Notes: generated from the sequence alone by a model not told the origin. Shown: positions 30,547 through 41,242, numbered from the stretch's first letter. The stretch is DNA of 64,000 bases from Chlorobiota bacterium (GCA_039810585.1 JBDHXF010000003.1:93946-157945); one strand, 5' to 3'. Numbers and translations are program-made.

Positions 30547-30581
30547 GGGCTCCACCATAGGGTGGAGCCCGTTTTGTTTTT
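30547..30581 (+). terminator. Rho-independent terminator: gggctccacc-atag-ggtggagccc followed by gttttgttttt
   Basis: Seen directly: a perfect 10-bp stem and a T-run, 17 nt after the stop. Confidence 0.8.
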
Positions 30582-30689
30582 ACGCAGTCACCTTCCTCGT
30601 TGCATGAATATTTGCTACGTTCACCAATAATTCCTGAGTACCAACACGGTGTTGACGTGTTACTCATTAGTGAACCGATTGTTCGTGCC

Positions 30690-33600
30690 ATGCCAGCATT
30701 TTTCCGTCTCTTCCTGTTTGCCTTCTTCGTATTGGGCCTTTGCGCTTCCGCACAACAGGCACGCGTGTCGTCGTCTAATGATGATCATGGCTGCACCATT
30801 GACCTTACAAACCTCAGTACGGCCAACGATGCCATCGAACAACCTCTTCGCGCACTCATCGCCCATCCCGAACGCACTGACTCGATTGAAGCAGCGATAG
30901 AACGACAGGTTTGTCGGCGCTTCTTCATCGTCGTCCCTTCCTCCGGCGCGCTCAGCGCTACGCTCCAAAACATACAAAGCGTTGAACGTACTCTGGGATC
31001 TGATGGCTCTGCTTTGCATCACACGATTGGTGTTGACATTCGCAGATTAGGAATCGTACGGGGAAATTCAGTAGCCGTTATCGTCCTCCATTGTTTTGAG
31101 AGTTCGACGCTACGGTCGTCAGTGCGGGTGCTGAATTCCTGCACCGTTAAGGTTCGATTCGGGGATTCGCTTGCGAGGGGGTCCGGTGGCCTGGTGCATC
31201 GCTTTCCGATGCAAGTCTTAAATAGCGAGTATCTGCACGGTGATAGCCGTGACGTGCGATTAGCCGCCATGTCAGCCGCACTTCGCCTCATAACGAGTGA
31301 TTCCACGCAACTTCCCATCGAAGTGAGCACGCACAAGGACGGCGTTGCTCGCATTCGAGGCGTCGATATCCTTTCCATTCACCCTTCGTGGCAAGGTCAA
31401 GCGTGTTCGCTGTTGCATTTGCGGTATAAGGGACAAGAGCAATGGCTCGCCTGCAGCGATAGTGTGCTTTTGCCGACAACGGATCTGTATTTCCGGGGTA
31501 GTCATGCTTCGGGAGATACCACGTGGTACAGTCCGTTTTCCAACAACTGCGTGTACTATCTTACGCTAGAAGCAGACCATTCGTCCAATCGCTACACTCT
31601 GCGAACATCAGGCGGAACGTCCACAATTCTCAACTCACTCGTTATCGACCGACATTGTGAGGAAGAACACGAGTACGTGCAAGGATATTTCCGCGGATCG
31701 GATGCCAACGATTTCTTCTTAACGGAAACCGCCGAAGGGGAGAAGTGGGTGTGGAGGATGGTGAATCGCTATACACCGTTTGAACATCGCCAAGTTTTTG
31801 TCACGAACGACGCCTTGAACGATTCCGTTCATGTACACATTGAGTACGAGTCGCTGAACGACCTGCCGACCGTGAATCCGGACAAAAGGGTAGTTCTTAC
31901 GCTGAACGGAGACGTTATACATGACGATACATTCGATGGTGCGACGGAAAAGCGACTCGATATCAATGTGCCACGAGAAGTGTTCCGCGGCGGATTGTGT
32001 GATCTTCGATGTGTGTCCATCGGCACCGATACGACTGCTCTAAACTACTCTGAATCGCAAGCCTTTGATTACTACTCTATACGCGCTCGCAGTGAAGCCT
32101 ATGCCATCAGCGGATCGCTGGAAGGCACTGTCGAAGCACCTCCTTCGTCAGCGCTTCAGGTACGATTGCTACGGTCTGAACGTTCAGTAGTTCTGGATAG
32201 TGTCACTCACCAATGGCAGATCGTCAGCGGTCAACCGGGTTTGAGTATGATGCTTCAGGTGCGAAATGGCAGTCGTTCCTGGTCGTCTTGCATTATAAAC
32301 GGGAATACTCTTCTTTCGAGCGCCCTTCGGGCTTGCTCCATATTTGTTTATCATCCTGCCACGGATTCTACCGAGTGGTGGACAGGCAGTAGCTCCGACC
32401 GCGACGGTGCTTTGATTCTCCAGCGTGTACATGAGGGTGACTATGTAGTGGTTCTGGCTAATGACGACCGAAGTTTAGCGCCACAGATCCAGTCAGCTTT
32501 AAGTGGAGTCGGAATTACCAACAGTGCTCAAAAAGTTGCTACCAATGTGTACTATGCCTATCGCCGCATTCAAGGTGGCGCACAGGCGGTGGAGCATTCC
32601 GATGCGACAGAGTTAAGCGATCAAGTGTTTGTGGACGATGCATCAGTCCACGCTTGGCAGGCTCTTGTTCCACTCGCAGCCGGAATGCAGCACCTGATGA
32701 TAACCTCAGAAGATAGTGTTGAGCTCTGCGGACTTCGCCGCATTTCGGATGTTGATTTGACGGATACAACGCTGTCGGCTGATTATATCGTCATCACGCA
32801 TCACACCTTCGAGTCGGCAGCTCGAGACTTAGCTACATTCCGAGCAGGCCAGGGACATCGAACACAAGTGGTGTTTGTTGATGATATCTACCGTCAGTTT
32901 GGCGACGGACAAAAGAGTCCGCACGCAATTCGAAATTTTCTCCGCTATGCCTATGACCATTGGTCGGCTCCGCGCGTTCATGACGTGCTGTTGTTTGGAG
33001 ATGCGAGCTGGGACAATCGATCCATTCGTAGCGGCGACACGATGACGGATTATGTTCCGAGCTACGGCAAGCCCGTGAGTGACGTCTGGTTCAGTTTTGT
33101 CGACGGATCCGATGAATTGAGCGATTTCAATGTTGGTCGTTTGCCGGTACAAAACCTCCGGCAAGCACAGGACTTGGTACGAAAAATCAAGCGGTATGAC
33201 TCTTTGCCTCCCGATTTGTGGTGGAAGAGTTTCCTCTTCGTGTCCGGAGGGCAGACCGAAGCAGAGAAGTTGGATTTTCTTCAGTACAATCAGTCGTTTG
33301 AAAACCAAATTTACTCTGACGATTATTTTTTCCGTTCCAATTCGGTGTGCGGTGATACCACCAATGCCGCCTCGTATTTCCAGGTGAACAACGCCGGCTA
33401 CTCGGTTTCTAATCACATCAATAAAGCGGTTAATGGGCAGGGAGTGGCGTGGATTAACTTTATTGGGCATGGAAGTCCGACACTCACTGATGTGAACGAC
33501 TGGACAGACAGCTCACTAGCCAACGTCGATCGACCATTTGTGCTCGCCACCTTGTCATGCCAAACGGCAGCCTTTGCCGAAGCAGAAGTGTCGTGTATCG

Positions 33601-36479
33601 ATGAGAATTTCCTTTTGGCAAAGGACAAGGGTGCCATCGCCGCGATTGGTGCAACCGGATATGGAATACCGGACGTGCAGTCTATTGTGATGACGAAATC
33701 TTTCTTCGAGCTTTCAACTTTTGGGTCGCGCAACTTGGGTGACATCCTCAGCAATTCAACTGCATTGATTGCAACTTTCAGCGATATCACCTCGCACGAT
33801 GTCTACCTACAGAGTTGCCTTCTTGGCGATCCACTGAGTCGTATTCCCTTCGATACAGTTGCTCATCCGGTTGTACTCGAGCGTAGCCTCCGTATTGAAG
33901 ATAGGAGTGGCAGCCAGTATTTGAGTGACGATCAAGATTCTGCGTTTGTTCACGTTGAGCTGTTTAATGCGGGAGTCCACGGAGATACAGCCACGGTCTT
34001 TTTCATTCATACCTTTCAGAACAAGACGGATACGCTTGTGCGGAGTTTTGATGATGTGTGTATGACAATGCCTACTGACGCGGCATTTTCCATTTTTGGA
34101 CAGAATGGCATTCATACACTTCGTATCGAGGTTCAAGCAGATCCGCGATGGAGTCCATCGTCACGGTTTGGATCGGTGTACACAACGTCGTTCAATGTCT
34201 TCTCTCCGCGCCCGTTGCCAATCGATCCCTTTCCGTATTGGAATGTAAGTGCCGAACATCCGCTGCTGCGCGTGATATCAACCACGAAAGAAGGAGATAG
34301 CGTTCGCTTCGAAGCACAGTTGCGACAAGACTCTGTAGTGCTAGATTCTGTCGGCTACGACAACAATTCGGCGTTGCTTGTCGATGAATGCTTCGTGCAG
34401 TGGCAGCCACCGCTTCACCTCCAAGAAGGGCAGCGATACACTTTCGCGATTCGGTCCCGAAGCGAATTGAGTGGTAAAGAGAGTGCTTGGTTGGAGATTC
34501 CATTCAACGCAGGAGCGGACTCAGACCGCATGTCGATACGCATCCGGAACACGGTACGTCTTGATTCCGCTGCATGGACAAAGTCAGATCGATGGCGCGT
34601 AGACACCACCGGTTCGGAGCCACAGTACGTTTTGCATGACGAGCTTCGCTACGAAATGAGATCCTCGGTAGGATATGGGTACTATGACAGCACCGGCCAT
34701 CTTATCATCCCGATTCAACCCACATTTAAGATTGCCCTGAACGGTGTTACCTTCGGTGATCGTGATGACGTGCGCGGCTTCAATGTCCGCCTGGTCAATA
34801 AACGCACAGGAATGGTAGAGGCAGTGCGAAACTTCGACTGCTTTGTGGACCGTGATTCGTGCGATACCTGTTTCAACGGCTCCGGTAGAACCTTGGTTCG
34901 TTTTCTGCGCGATTCCGTTCCACAGGATGATTACCTCTTCCTGGCTATTTGTGGAAATACCTACGGAGACGTGTTTGTAAACAGAGATCTTGATTCCTTG
35001 CATGAAGTGCTCAAGCGCTATGGATCAGTAGTTGCCGATTCCGTCGTTCCTCCACATTCGTATTTGATGATAGCGGCTGCCGACGATTCGACGCAGCTGG
35101 TTGAGCGCATTCGATTGGATACGCTCAGTCCTCATGCGGCGGAGGATACCGTGTTTGCCTCCGGATCCGTTGCACTACACCCGGATAGTGGTTGGGTGAC
35201 CAGTCCTGTGTATGGACCGGCAAGGCGCTGGACGCGGGCTCAGGTCGAGGGCGAATTATCAGACAGCGTAGCGGCTTTAGCAGTGACCGTCTTCGGTTTG
35301 CGCGACAATTTTTCCGAACCACGAGTTGTCATGTCTGACACTGTTGCGGAGATGGATTTGTCGTCCATCGATGCCACTCGGTATCCCTATATACAATTTG
35401 AGATCCACGTCGTACGGCGAAGCCTGCTCCGGGATCCGGCTTTCCAGGCAATTCGTGTAGATCTCGAACCACTGCCGGAATTAAGTGTTGTTCCGTCGTC
35501 CTACGTGCTAGATGCAGATAGTGTGTTGCGCGGTGACACGATTTCCATCGTAGCCGCGGCCAAGCGAATCTCTCCACGAGCGGTCGTGGACAGTGCCATA
35601 CTCGTCATGCAACGAAACCCTGTGAGCAATACAGGATTTAGCAGCGTAAAGAGTTGGGCGTTCACACAGCCGGGTGATACCGTGACTCTGAACGTGGGAG
35701 ACACAGTTAGCACCTTGCAATTCGGAGACTACACTCTCAACAGTTTTGTTGTCAACCCCGACTCACTTATCCCCGAACTGTATCGGTTCAACAATAGTGC
35801 GCTGCGATATCAAACGGTGATCAACGATACAGAGGCACCACGACTTGAGGTTCACATTGACAGTTTGCCCACGTACGACGGCATGACGGTTGCACGCCAA
35901 CCACTCATTCGATGCCTCATGCGTGACAATTCGCGGATGCCAATCGTGGATTCCTGGCACCTGAGCGGACTCGTGAACGACTCCGCGATCGAGCAGCAGC
36001 CGGCCTATCGTTTTGTGGGAAGTGCGGATATACAGAGTCTCGCGTTTGCTCCGCCGGAAACTCGAGCCTACGTGGAGTTTCGACCAACCTTGCATAACGG
36101 CACGAATACTCTTGAGCTGAATGCCGTTGACTACTTTGGGAACGAGACCGACAGTGTACTGCATCTTTATGTTGATAAAGATTTGTCGGTACAAAAGTCA
36201 AACGTGGTTCCCAATCCGATGAACGAATCGGCACGGATTTACTACACTCTGTACGGTCCATTTGAGCGACAACTCGTCACCTTGGAAATCTACGACGCCC
36301 GTGGTGAACGTGTGCGCAGCATGCTCATCAATGCTCGCTTGGGAACGAACGTAACGATTTTTAATGGCTGTGATGATGAAGGGCGCAAACTCCTGCAAGG
36401 CTCGTATTACTACCGCATTTTTGCATCGCAAAGTGGGTCGATTGGTTCGGAGAATGGCATGTTCATTATTCTTCGTTGA
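30690..36479 (+). CDS. Giant peptidase C25 family (gingipain/PorU-like) protein with a T9SS C-terminal domain (about 1,930 aa)
   Basis: The signal peptide is MPAFFRLFLFAFFVLGLCASAQQ. The C25 core is YIVITHHTFESAARDLATFRAGQG...VVFVDDIYRQFGDG..SPHAIRNFLRYAYDHW. A catalytic His (WINFIGHGSPT) and Cys (LATLSCQTAAF) are present. The C-terminus reads VVPNPMNESARIYYTL...LEIYDARGERV...GSYYYRI, which is CTD-like. Confidence 0.6.
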   Translation: MPAFFRLFLFAFFVLGLCASAQQARVSSSNDDHGCTIDLTNLSTANDAIEQPLRALIAHPERTDSIEAAIERQVCRRFFIVVPSSGALSATLQNIQSVERTLGSDGSALHHTIGVDIRRLGIVRGNSVAVIVLHCFESSTLRSSVRVLNSCTVKVRFGDSLARGSGGLVHRFPMQVLNSEYLHGDSRDVRLAAMSAALRLITSDSTQLPIEVSTHKDGVARIRGVDILSIHPSWQGQACSLLHLRYKGQEQWLACSDSVLLPTTDLYFRGSHASGDTTWYSPFSNNCVYYLTLEADHSSNRYTLRTSGGTSTILNSLVIDRHCEEEHEYVQGYFRGSDANDFFLTETAEGEKWVWRMVNRYTPFEHRQVFVTNDALNDSVHVHIEYESLNDLPTVNPDKRVVLTLNGDVIHDDTFDGATEKRLDINVPREVFRGGLCDLRCVSIGTDTTALNYSESQAFDYYSIRARSEAYAISGSLEGTVEAPPSSALQVRLLRSERSVVLDSVTHQWQIVSGQPGLSMMLQVRNGSRSWSSCIINGNTLLSSALRACSIFVYHPATDSTEWWTGSSSDRDGALILQRVHEGDYVVVLANDDRSLAPQIQSALSGVGITNSAQKVATNVYYAYRRIQGGAQAVEHSDATELSDQVFVDDASVHAWQALVPLAAGMQHLMITSEDSVELCGLRRISDVDLTDTTLSADYIVITHHTFESAARDLATFRAGQGHRTQVVFVDDIYRQFGDGQKSPHAIRNFLRYAYDHWSAPRVHDVLLFGDASWDNRSIRSGDTMTDYVPSYGKPVSDVWFSFVDGSDELSDFNVGRLPVQNLRQAQDLVRKIKRYDSLPPDLWWKSFLFVSGGQTEAEKLDFLQYNQSFENQIYSDDYFFRSNSVCGDTTNAASYFQVNNAGYSVSNHINKAVNGQGVAWINFIGHGSPTLTDVNDWTDSSLANVDRPFVLATLSCQTAAFAEAEVSCIDENFLLAKDKGAIAAIGATGYGIPDVQSIVMTKSFFELSTFGSRNLGDILSNSTALIATFSDITSHDVYLQSCLLGDPLSRIPFDTVAHPVVLERSLRIEDRSGSQYLSDDQDSAFVHVELFNAGVHGDTATVFFIHTFQNKTDTLVRSFDDVCMTMPTDAAFSIFGQNGIHTLRIEVQADPRWSPSSRFGSVYTTSFNVFSPRPLPIDPFPYWNVSAEHPLLRVISTTKEGDSVRFEAQLRQDSVVLDSVGYDNNSALLVDECFVQWQPPLHLQEGQRYTFAIRSRSELSGKESAWLEIPFNAGADSDRMSIRIRNTVRLDSAAWTKSDRWRVDTTGSEPQYVLHDELRYEMRSSVGYGYYDSTGHLIIPIQPTFKIALNGVTFGDRDDVRGFNVRLVNKRTGMVEAVRNFDCFVDRDSCDTCFNGSGRTLVRFLRDSVPQDDYLFLAICGNTYGDVFVNRDLDSLHEVLKRYGSVVADSVVPPHSYLMIAAADDSTQLVERIRLDTLSPHAAEDTVFASGSVALHPDSGWVTSPVYGPARRWTRAQVEGELSDSVAALAVTVFGLRDNFSEPRVVMSDTVAEMDLSSIDATRYPYIQFEIHVVRRSLLRDPAFQAIRVDLEPLPELSVVPSSYVLDADSVLRGDTISIVAAAKRISPRAVVDSAILVMQRNPVSNTGFSSVKSWAFTQPGDTVTLNVGDTVSTLQFGDYTLNSFVVNPDSLIPELYRFNNSALRYQTVINDTEAPRLEVHIDSLPTYDGMTVARQPLIRCLMRDNSRMPIVDSWHLSGLVNDSAIEQQPAYRFVGSADIQSLAFAPPETRAYVEFRPTLHNGTNTLELNAVDYFGNETDSVLHLYVDKDLSVQKSNVVPNPMNESARIYYTLYGPFERQLVTLEIYDARGERVRSMLINARLGTNVTIFNGCDDEGRKLLQGSYYYRIFASQSGSIGSENGMFIILR

Positions 36480-36484
36480 TACAT

Positions 36485-37039
36485 ATGACTCATCGAGGAA
36501 CTCCTTCACTCATCATTCTTTGCCTTGCGAGTTGTTGCCTTCTTCACGCCCAACAAATACGGTTTGAGAGCGATCCTCTGCCCTTCATTCTCAAAGGATG
36601 GGTTGCTGCACTTGCTGTTGGTTCCGAAACGTGGAGTGTACGTATTCTCGATGCTCGAGTTGACAAACCACAGTGGCTTCTTCCGTCGTCCGTCGATAAC
36701 AACCGCATTCACTCGGACGCAATTCTTCTGGATTACAGCATTCCTTCCGTCACATTCCTGAAGACCGACGGAATGGCGTTGAGCGTTGGACTCGTTCGAT
36801 GGGCCGGAACGATTCGAAACAAGGAGCTGGACGAAACGAGAGCCTACGTTTGCGAGTTAGTCAGTGTAGGCGGCGCACTGTTCTATTTTCTCGATTCCCA
36901 CTTTTACCTCAGTCCGTGGGCGGGTTTGCACCTCTTGGTAGCCGGCGATAGAGAGCTCTCATTTTCCCACGGAAGCTATTCGATTCCACGTCTAAATCCC
37001 GAAGCTAGCGTTCGCATTGGCTATCGTTTCTCAATCTAA
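36485..37039 (+). CDS. Small outer-membrane beta-barrel-like protein (about 185 aa)
   Basis: A signal peptide with Cys is present (LASCCLLHA). The sequence alternates hydrophobic residues and ends RIGYRFSI with an aromatic residue, typical of OMPs. It overlaps the stop of the C25 gene. Confidence 0.4.
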   Translation: MTHRGTPSLIILCLASCCLLHAQQIRFESDPLPFILKGWVAALAVGSETWSVRILDARVDKPQWLLPSSVDNNRIHSDAILLDYSIPSVTFLKTDGMALSVGLVRWAGTIRNKELDETRAYVCELVSVGGALFYFLDSHFYLSPWAGLHLLVAGDRELSFSHGSYSIPRLNPEASVRIGYRFSI

Positions 37040-37192
37040 GCAATCTCGACCGGTCACAGAACACAATGGGAAAGGCTGCGTTTTCAGGTGCGATGGCCAC
37101 GGCCACTTGTACGAGCCGGCCATTGGCCGGCGTGAATAAATGTCTCCCACTGTCTATTTTTGTTGTTTACGACCACCCAAACAAGCCATTTC

Positions 37193-39904
37193 ATGCAGGA
37201 ATTAGCAAAACAGTACAGTCCGACCTCGGTAGAATCCACTTGGTACGAGCGTTGGATGGCGGCACAGATTTTCGCCATACCGGAGCAGCTACCGAAGGGC
37301 AAGACGCCGTTTAGTATCCTTATGCCACCGCCCAATGTGACAGGGATGCTCACGATGGGACATGTGCTCAATCATTCTATCCAAGACCTTTACATTCGGT
37401 ACAAGCGCATGTGTGGCTTTCAGGCGGTCTGGTTCCCAGGTCTTGATCATGCCGGTATTGCCACACAAAGCAAGGTAGAAGGCATGCTTCGCGAAACGGA
37501 AGGGATCGGCCGACGAGATCTCGGGCGTGAGAAATTCGTGGAGCGCGTGTATGAATGGAAAGAGAAGTACGGCGGCATTATCCTGCAACAACTACGACGC
37601 CTAGGCAATTCGTGCGACTGGGATCGAACCTTGTTCACCATGGATGAAGGTGCAAACCGTGCAGTGGAGGAGACGTTTATCAGACTCTTCGACGCAGGGT
37701 TGATCTACCGTGGCAAACGTATTATTAACTGGTCGCCCGTGATGCAAAGCGCGCTCTCGGATGAAGAAGTGATTATGCGTGAACAGACGGACAAAATGGT
37801 CACTCTCAAATATCACTTCGAAGATGGCGGCGGCTTTATGTCCGTAGCAACAGTGCGACCGGAAACCATCTTTGGCGACGTTGCCGTCGCCGTGCATCCC
37901 AAAGATGACCGATACAGCGCATTTGTCGGCAAGACTGTGCGCGTGCCGCTCACGGATCGATACGTTCCGATTATCGCCGACGATTATGTGGAGAAGGATT
38001 TTGGAACCGGATGTTTGAAAATTACACCGGCGCACGATCCGAACGATTTTGAAGTTGGGCAGCGTCACAACCTTCCCATTCTCGTTTCCATCACGGCAGA
38101 TGCTAAGCTCAACGAGCTCGCCGGTCCGTACAACGGACTCGATCGTTTCGATGCTCGCAAACGCATCATGAAGGATTTGGAGGCAGCGGAGCTCATCGTC
38201 AAGTCGGAAGACTACACACACAAAGTTGGCTACAGTGAGCGCGGAGGAGAGGTTGTTGAGCCCTATTACTCCGATCAGTGGTTTGTGAGTATGAAGGTGC
38301 TTGCCGAACCTGCGCTCAAAGCAGTACAAGAGGGCAGTGTTCGATTCTATCCCGAACACTGGACCAAGACCTATGAGCATTGGATGACCAATATCCGCGA
38401 TTGGTGTATCTCACGTCAGCTTTGGTGGGGACATCGCATTCCCGTGTACTATGCGCCGGACGGTCGTTTCACGGCAGCTCACTCCGAGCAGGAAGCGCGA
38501 ACCAAACTTGGTCTTGATGATAGTATCTCCATGATCCGCGACGAAGATTCAGTGGATACCTGGTTCTCGTCCTGGCTCTGGATGCTCACGACCATGCACT
38601 GGCTGGACGATGGCATAACGGAAGATACGAGCCTGCTTCGCAGCTACTTACCGACGGATCTCTTAGTGACAGGGCCCGACATCATCTTCTTCTGGGTTGC
38701 TCGCATGATCATGGCGTCGTTGTACTTCAAGAACCAAGTACCGTTTCGAGATGTGTACTTCACGAGCATTATTCGTGACGGTGATGGACGGAAGATGTCT
38801 AAGTCGCTCGGCAATTCACCCGATCCGCTTTTCCTCTTCGACAAGTACGGAGCCGATGCCGTTCGATATACAACTCTTTACCTTGCACCTCTTGGATTGG
38901 ACGTGAAAGTGAATGTGGTGGATGACAACGGCAAAGCCGATGCACCACAGATGGAATTCGGTCGGAACTTTGCCAACAAAATTTGGAACGCCGCTCGCTT
39001 TCTTCACATGAAAGCGTCGGAAGCCGGGATGAGCTCAAACGCGCAGTCCATGCCGGAAGAAGAATGGTCAGCTGCAGATCGCTGGATCCTGTCTCGTTTC
39101 CACAGCACCATCCATGCCGTGCACGAACATTTGGGAGCGTATCGCATTACCGAGTACACGCGTGCTTTGTATGACTTTATTTGGAAAGACTTCTGCGACT
39201 GGTACGTGGAAATCATGAAGGTTCAGTTTGCTGAGCGTGAGGATCCCGCTTACCGTCAGTCACTCATGCGCTTTGCCCTCGATCTCTTCGAAGGAGCACT
39301 TGCACTTCTCCATCCGGTGATGCCCTTTATCACGGAGGAGATTTGGCATGTGATCGGCGATCGTGCTGACGATCGATTCCTTGCCGCCTCAGCACTTCCT
39401 GCATTCGATGCACAGCGTGTGGATACGGCACGCGAACGTCGCTTCGAACTTCTGCAGCAGATTGTAGACGAACTCAGAATGTTGAAGAGTCAGAGTGGCA
39501 TCAAGCCCGGACAAAAACTTCCGCTGTATCTGCGCTGCGCCGAAGACGACAAGGAGTTTTTTGGCGCGGTCGCATCGGTCATAGCCAGTCTCACCCGTAA
39601 CGAACTGCCGCAATTTTTAGCGGAGGGTCAACAGCCTGAATCCGCGTTGTCGAGCGTAGTTCGTGGTGTGGATCTGTTCCTCGTAGCCGAGTCTGTTATC
39701 GATCACGACAAGGAGCGAGAGCGGCTCACGAAAGAGCTGGAACGCCTGCAGAACTTGCAGCGCAGCGCTGAACAAAAATTGGGGAACGAACGTTTCGTTG
39801 CCAACGCTAAACAAGAAGTGGTTGATGCCGAGCGAACCAAACTCCAATCCGCTGTGGATGGCATTGCCAAAATTCAGGACGCGTTGTCACGTCTAGCTTC
39901 ATGA
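37193..39904 (+). CDS. valS: Valine--tRNA ligase
   Basis: The HIGH region reads PPPNVTGMLTMGHVLNH and the KMSKS motif is KMSKSLGN. A C-terminal coiled coil is present. Confidence 0.95.
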   Translation: MQELAKQYSPTSVESTWYERWMAAQIFAIPEQLPKGKTPFSILMPPPNVTGMLTMGHVLNHSIQDLYIRYKRMCGFQAVWFPGLDHAGIATQSKVEGMLRETEGIGRRDLGREKFVERVYEWKEKYGGIILQQLRRLGNSCDWDRTLFTMDEGANRAVEETFIRLFDAGLIYRGKRIINWSPVMQSALSDEEVIMREQTDKMVTLKYHFEDGGGFMSVATVRPETIFGDVAVAVHPKDDRYSAFVGKTVRVPLTDRYVPIIADDYVEKDFGTGCLKITPAHDPNDFEVGQRHNLPILVSITADAKLNELAGPYNGLDRFDARKRIMKDLEAAELIVKSEDYTHKVGYSERGGEVVEPYYSDQWFVSMKVLAEPALKAVQEGSVRFYPEHWTKTYEHWMTNIRDWCISRQLWWGHRIPVYYAPDGRFTAAHSEQEARTKLGLDDSISMIRDEDSVDTWFSSWLWMLTTMHWLDDGITEDTSLLRSYLPTDLLVTGPDIIFFWVARMIMASLYFKNQVPFRDVYFTSIIRDGDGRKMSKSLGNSPDPLFLFDKYGADAVRYTTLYLAPLGLDVKVNVVDDNGKADAPQMEFGRNFANKIWNAARFLHMKASEAGMSSNAQSMPEEEWSAADRWILSRFHSTIHAVHEHLGAYRITEYTRALYDFIWKDFCDWYVEIMKVQFAEREDPAYRQSLMRFALDLFEGALALLHPVMPFITEEIWHVIGDRADDRFLAASALPAFDAQRVDTARERRFELLQQIVDELRMLKSQSGIKPGQKLPLYLRCAEDDKEFFGAVASVIASLTRNELPQFLAEGQQPESALSSVVRGVDLFLVAESVIDHDKERERLTKELERLQNLQRSAEQKLGNERFVANAKQEVVDAERTKLQSAVDGIAKIQDALSRLAS

Positions 39905-39982
39905 TCGGCATTCCCGATATGTTTGGGTCGACGTGCAGACCTCTCAACCATCAACTTTTGAACAATACGCTATCGTAGGCTT

Positions 39983-41188
39983 ATGAATGATGTTTTCTTT
40001 TGTGAACCACTCCGGACACCTGTTGGCAAATACGGCGGTGCTTTAGCACCGGTGCGACCCGACGACATGGCGGCGCTCGTATTGCGAAGCGTCGTTGAAC
40101 GAAGTGGAATTGATCCCGTTGCTATTGACGACGTGATCATGGGCTGTGCCAATCAAGCCGGTGAAGACAATCGAAACGTTGCACGAATGGCCACGCTCTT
40201 AGCCGGTTATCCGCACTCGGTACCGGCAGTGACCGTTAACCGATTGTGTGCCTCGTCACTAGAGGCTATCATTCAAGCAGCGCGCGCTATTCGTAGCGGT
40301 GAAGCGTCTATGATTATCGCCGGCGGAGTAGAGTCGATGTCGCGCGCGCCGTACTCGATCCCAAAAAACGTCAGCGGTGGCGCAGCGTTTGGCAATCTTA
40401 CGGCATACGATACAGCTCTGGGTTGGCGCTATCCGAACCCTGCCATGAGTGAACTCTTTCCACTGGAATCGATGGGTGAGACTGCCGAAAACCTGGTGGA
40501 GCGTTTCCATATCAGTCGCGAGGATCAGGATGCGTTTGCGCTGCGTTCGCATCAATTAGCTGTGGCAGCACAGGAACGAGGGGAGTTTCACGACGAGATT
40601 GTTGAGGTTGTTATCCCCCGGAAGAAATCCGATCCGATTGTTGTGAGTCGTGACGAACAACCGCGAGCCGATACCTCGCTCGAGAAGTTGGCAAAGCTCT
40701 CTCCCGCATTCCGCAAAGGCGGATCCGTCACTGCCGGCAATGCCTCGTCGCTCAACGACGGCGCCGCTGCGTTGATCGTGGCTGACGAGAGTTCGGTGAA
40801 GCGCTTTGGTCTCAAGCCCATCGCACGCTACGTGAGCGGACACGCCTCCGGAGTCGATCCGAGAATTATGGGTACCGGTCCCATCGAAGCCATTCGCGGC
40901 GCCCTTGCAAAAGCAGGTTTGTCGGTTAATGAGATTGATGCCTTCGAAATCAACGAAGCCTTTGCCTCACAAGTACTGACCTGCCAACGAGAACTCGGCA
41001 TTCCGATGGACAAGCTTAACACGAACGGTGGAGCCATCGCTATCGGTCACCCCTTGGGCATGAGCGGCGCACGCATCGCCGGGACGCTCATGCGTTCGAT
41101 GAAACGTCGCGGGCAACGCTACGGTGTCGCTTCGCTTTGCATTGGCGTTGGTCAAGGCTTGGCAATGGTGATGGAATCGGTAAGCTAA
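39983..41188 (+). CDS. Thiolase II, likely 3-oxoadipyl-CoA / 3-ketoacyl-CoA thiolase (PaaJ/PcaF-like)
   Basis: 401 aa. The N-terminus MNDVFFCEPLRTPVGKYGGALAPVRPDDMAAL matches PcaF/PaaJ. NRLCASSLEA is the active-site Cys region, and the C-terminus reads GGAIAIGHPLGMSGAR...CIGVGQG. Confidence 0.8.
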   Translation: MNDVFFCEPLRTPVGKYGGALAPVRPDDMAALVLRSVVERSGIDPVAIDDVIMGCANQAGEDNRNVARMATLLAGYPHSVPAVTVNRLCASSLEAIIQAARAIRSGEASMIIAGGVESMSRAPYSIPKNVSGGAAFGNLTAYDTALGWRYPNPAMSELFPLESMGETAENLVERFHISREDQDAFALRSHQLAVAAQERGEFHDEIVEVVIPRKKSDPIVVSRDEQPRADTSLEKLAKLSPAFRKGGSVTAGNASSLNDGAAALIVADESSVKRFGLKPIARYVSGHASGVDPRIMGTGPIEAIRGALAKAGLSVNEIDAFEINEAFASQVLTCQRELGIPMDKLNTNGGAIAIGHPLGMSGARIAGTLMRSMKRRGQRYGVASLCIGVGQGLAMVMESVS

Positions 41189-41195
41189 ACGCAGC

Positions 41196-41242
41196 GCATC
41201 GTCGTCAGGAGATTTCTTATTCGTGCGGCGCTTCGCGCCTTA
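41196..41242 (+). repeat. Dispersed about 45-nt motif, copy B, immediately after the thiolase gene
   Basis: The sequence catcgtcgtcaggagatttcttattcgtgcggcgcttcgcgcc was compared with copy A. Confidence 0.55.

Noticed and set aside
36476-37039. Small OMP downstream of the C25 gene as PorV
   Set aside because: PorV (a FadL-like barrel) is about 390 aa. This protein is about 185 aa, so at most it is a small 8-strand barrel. It is kept as an unassigned OMP.
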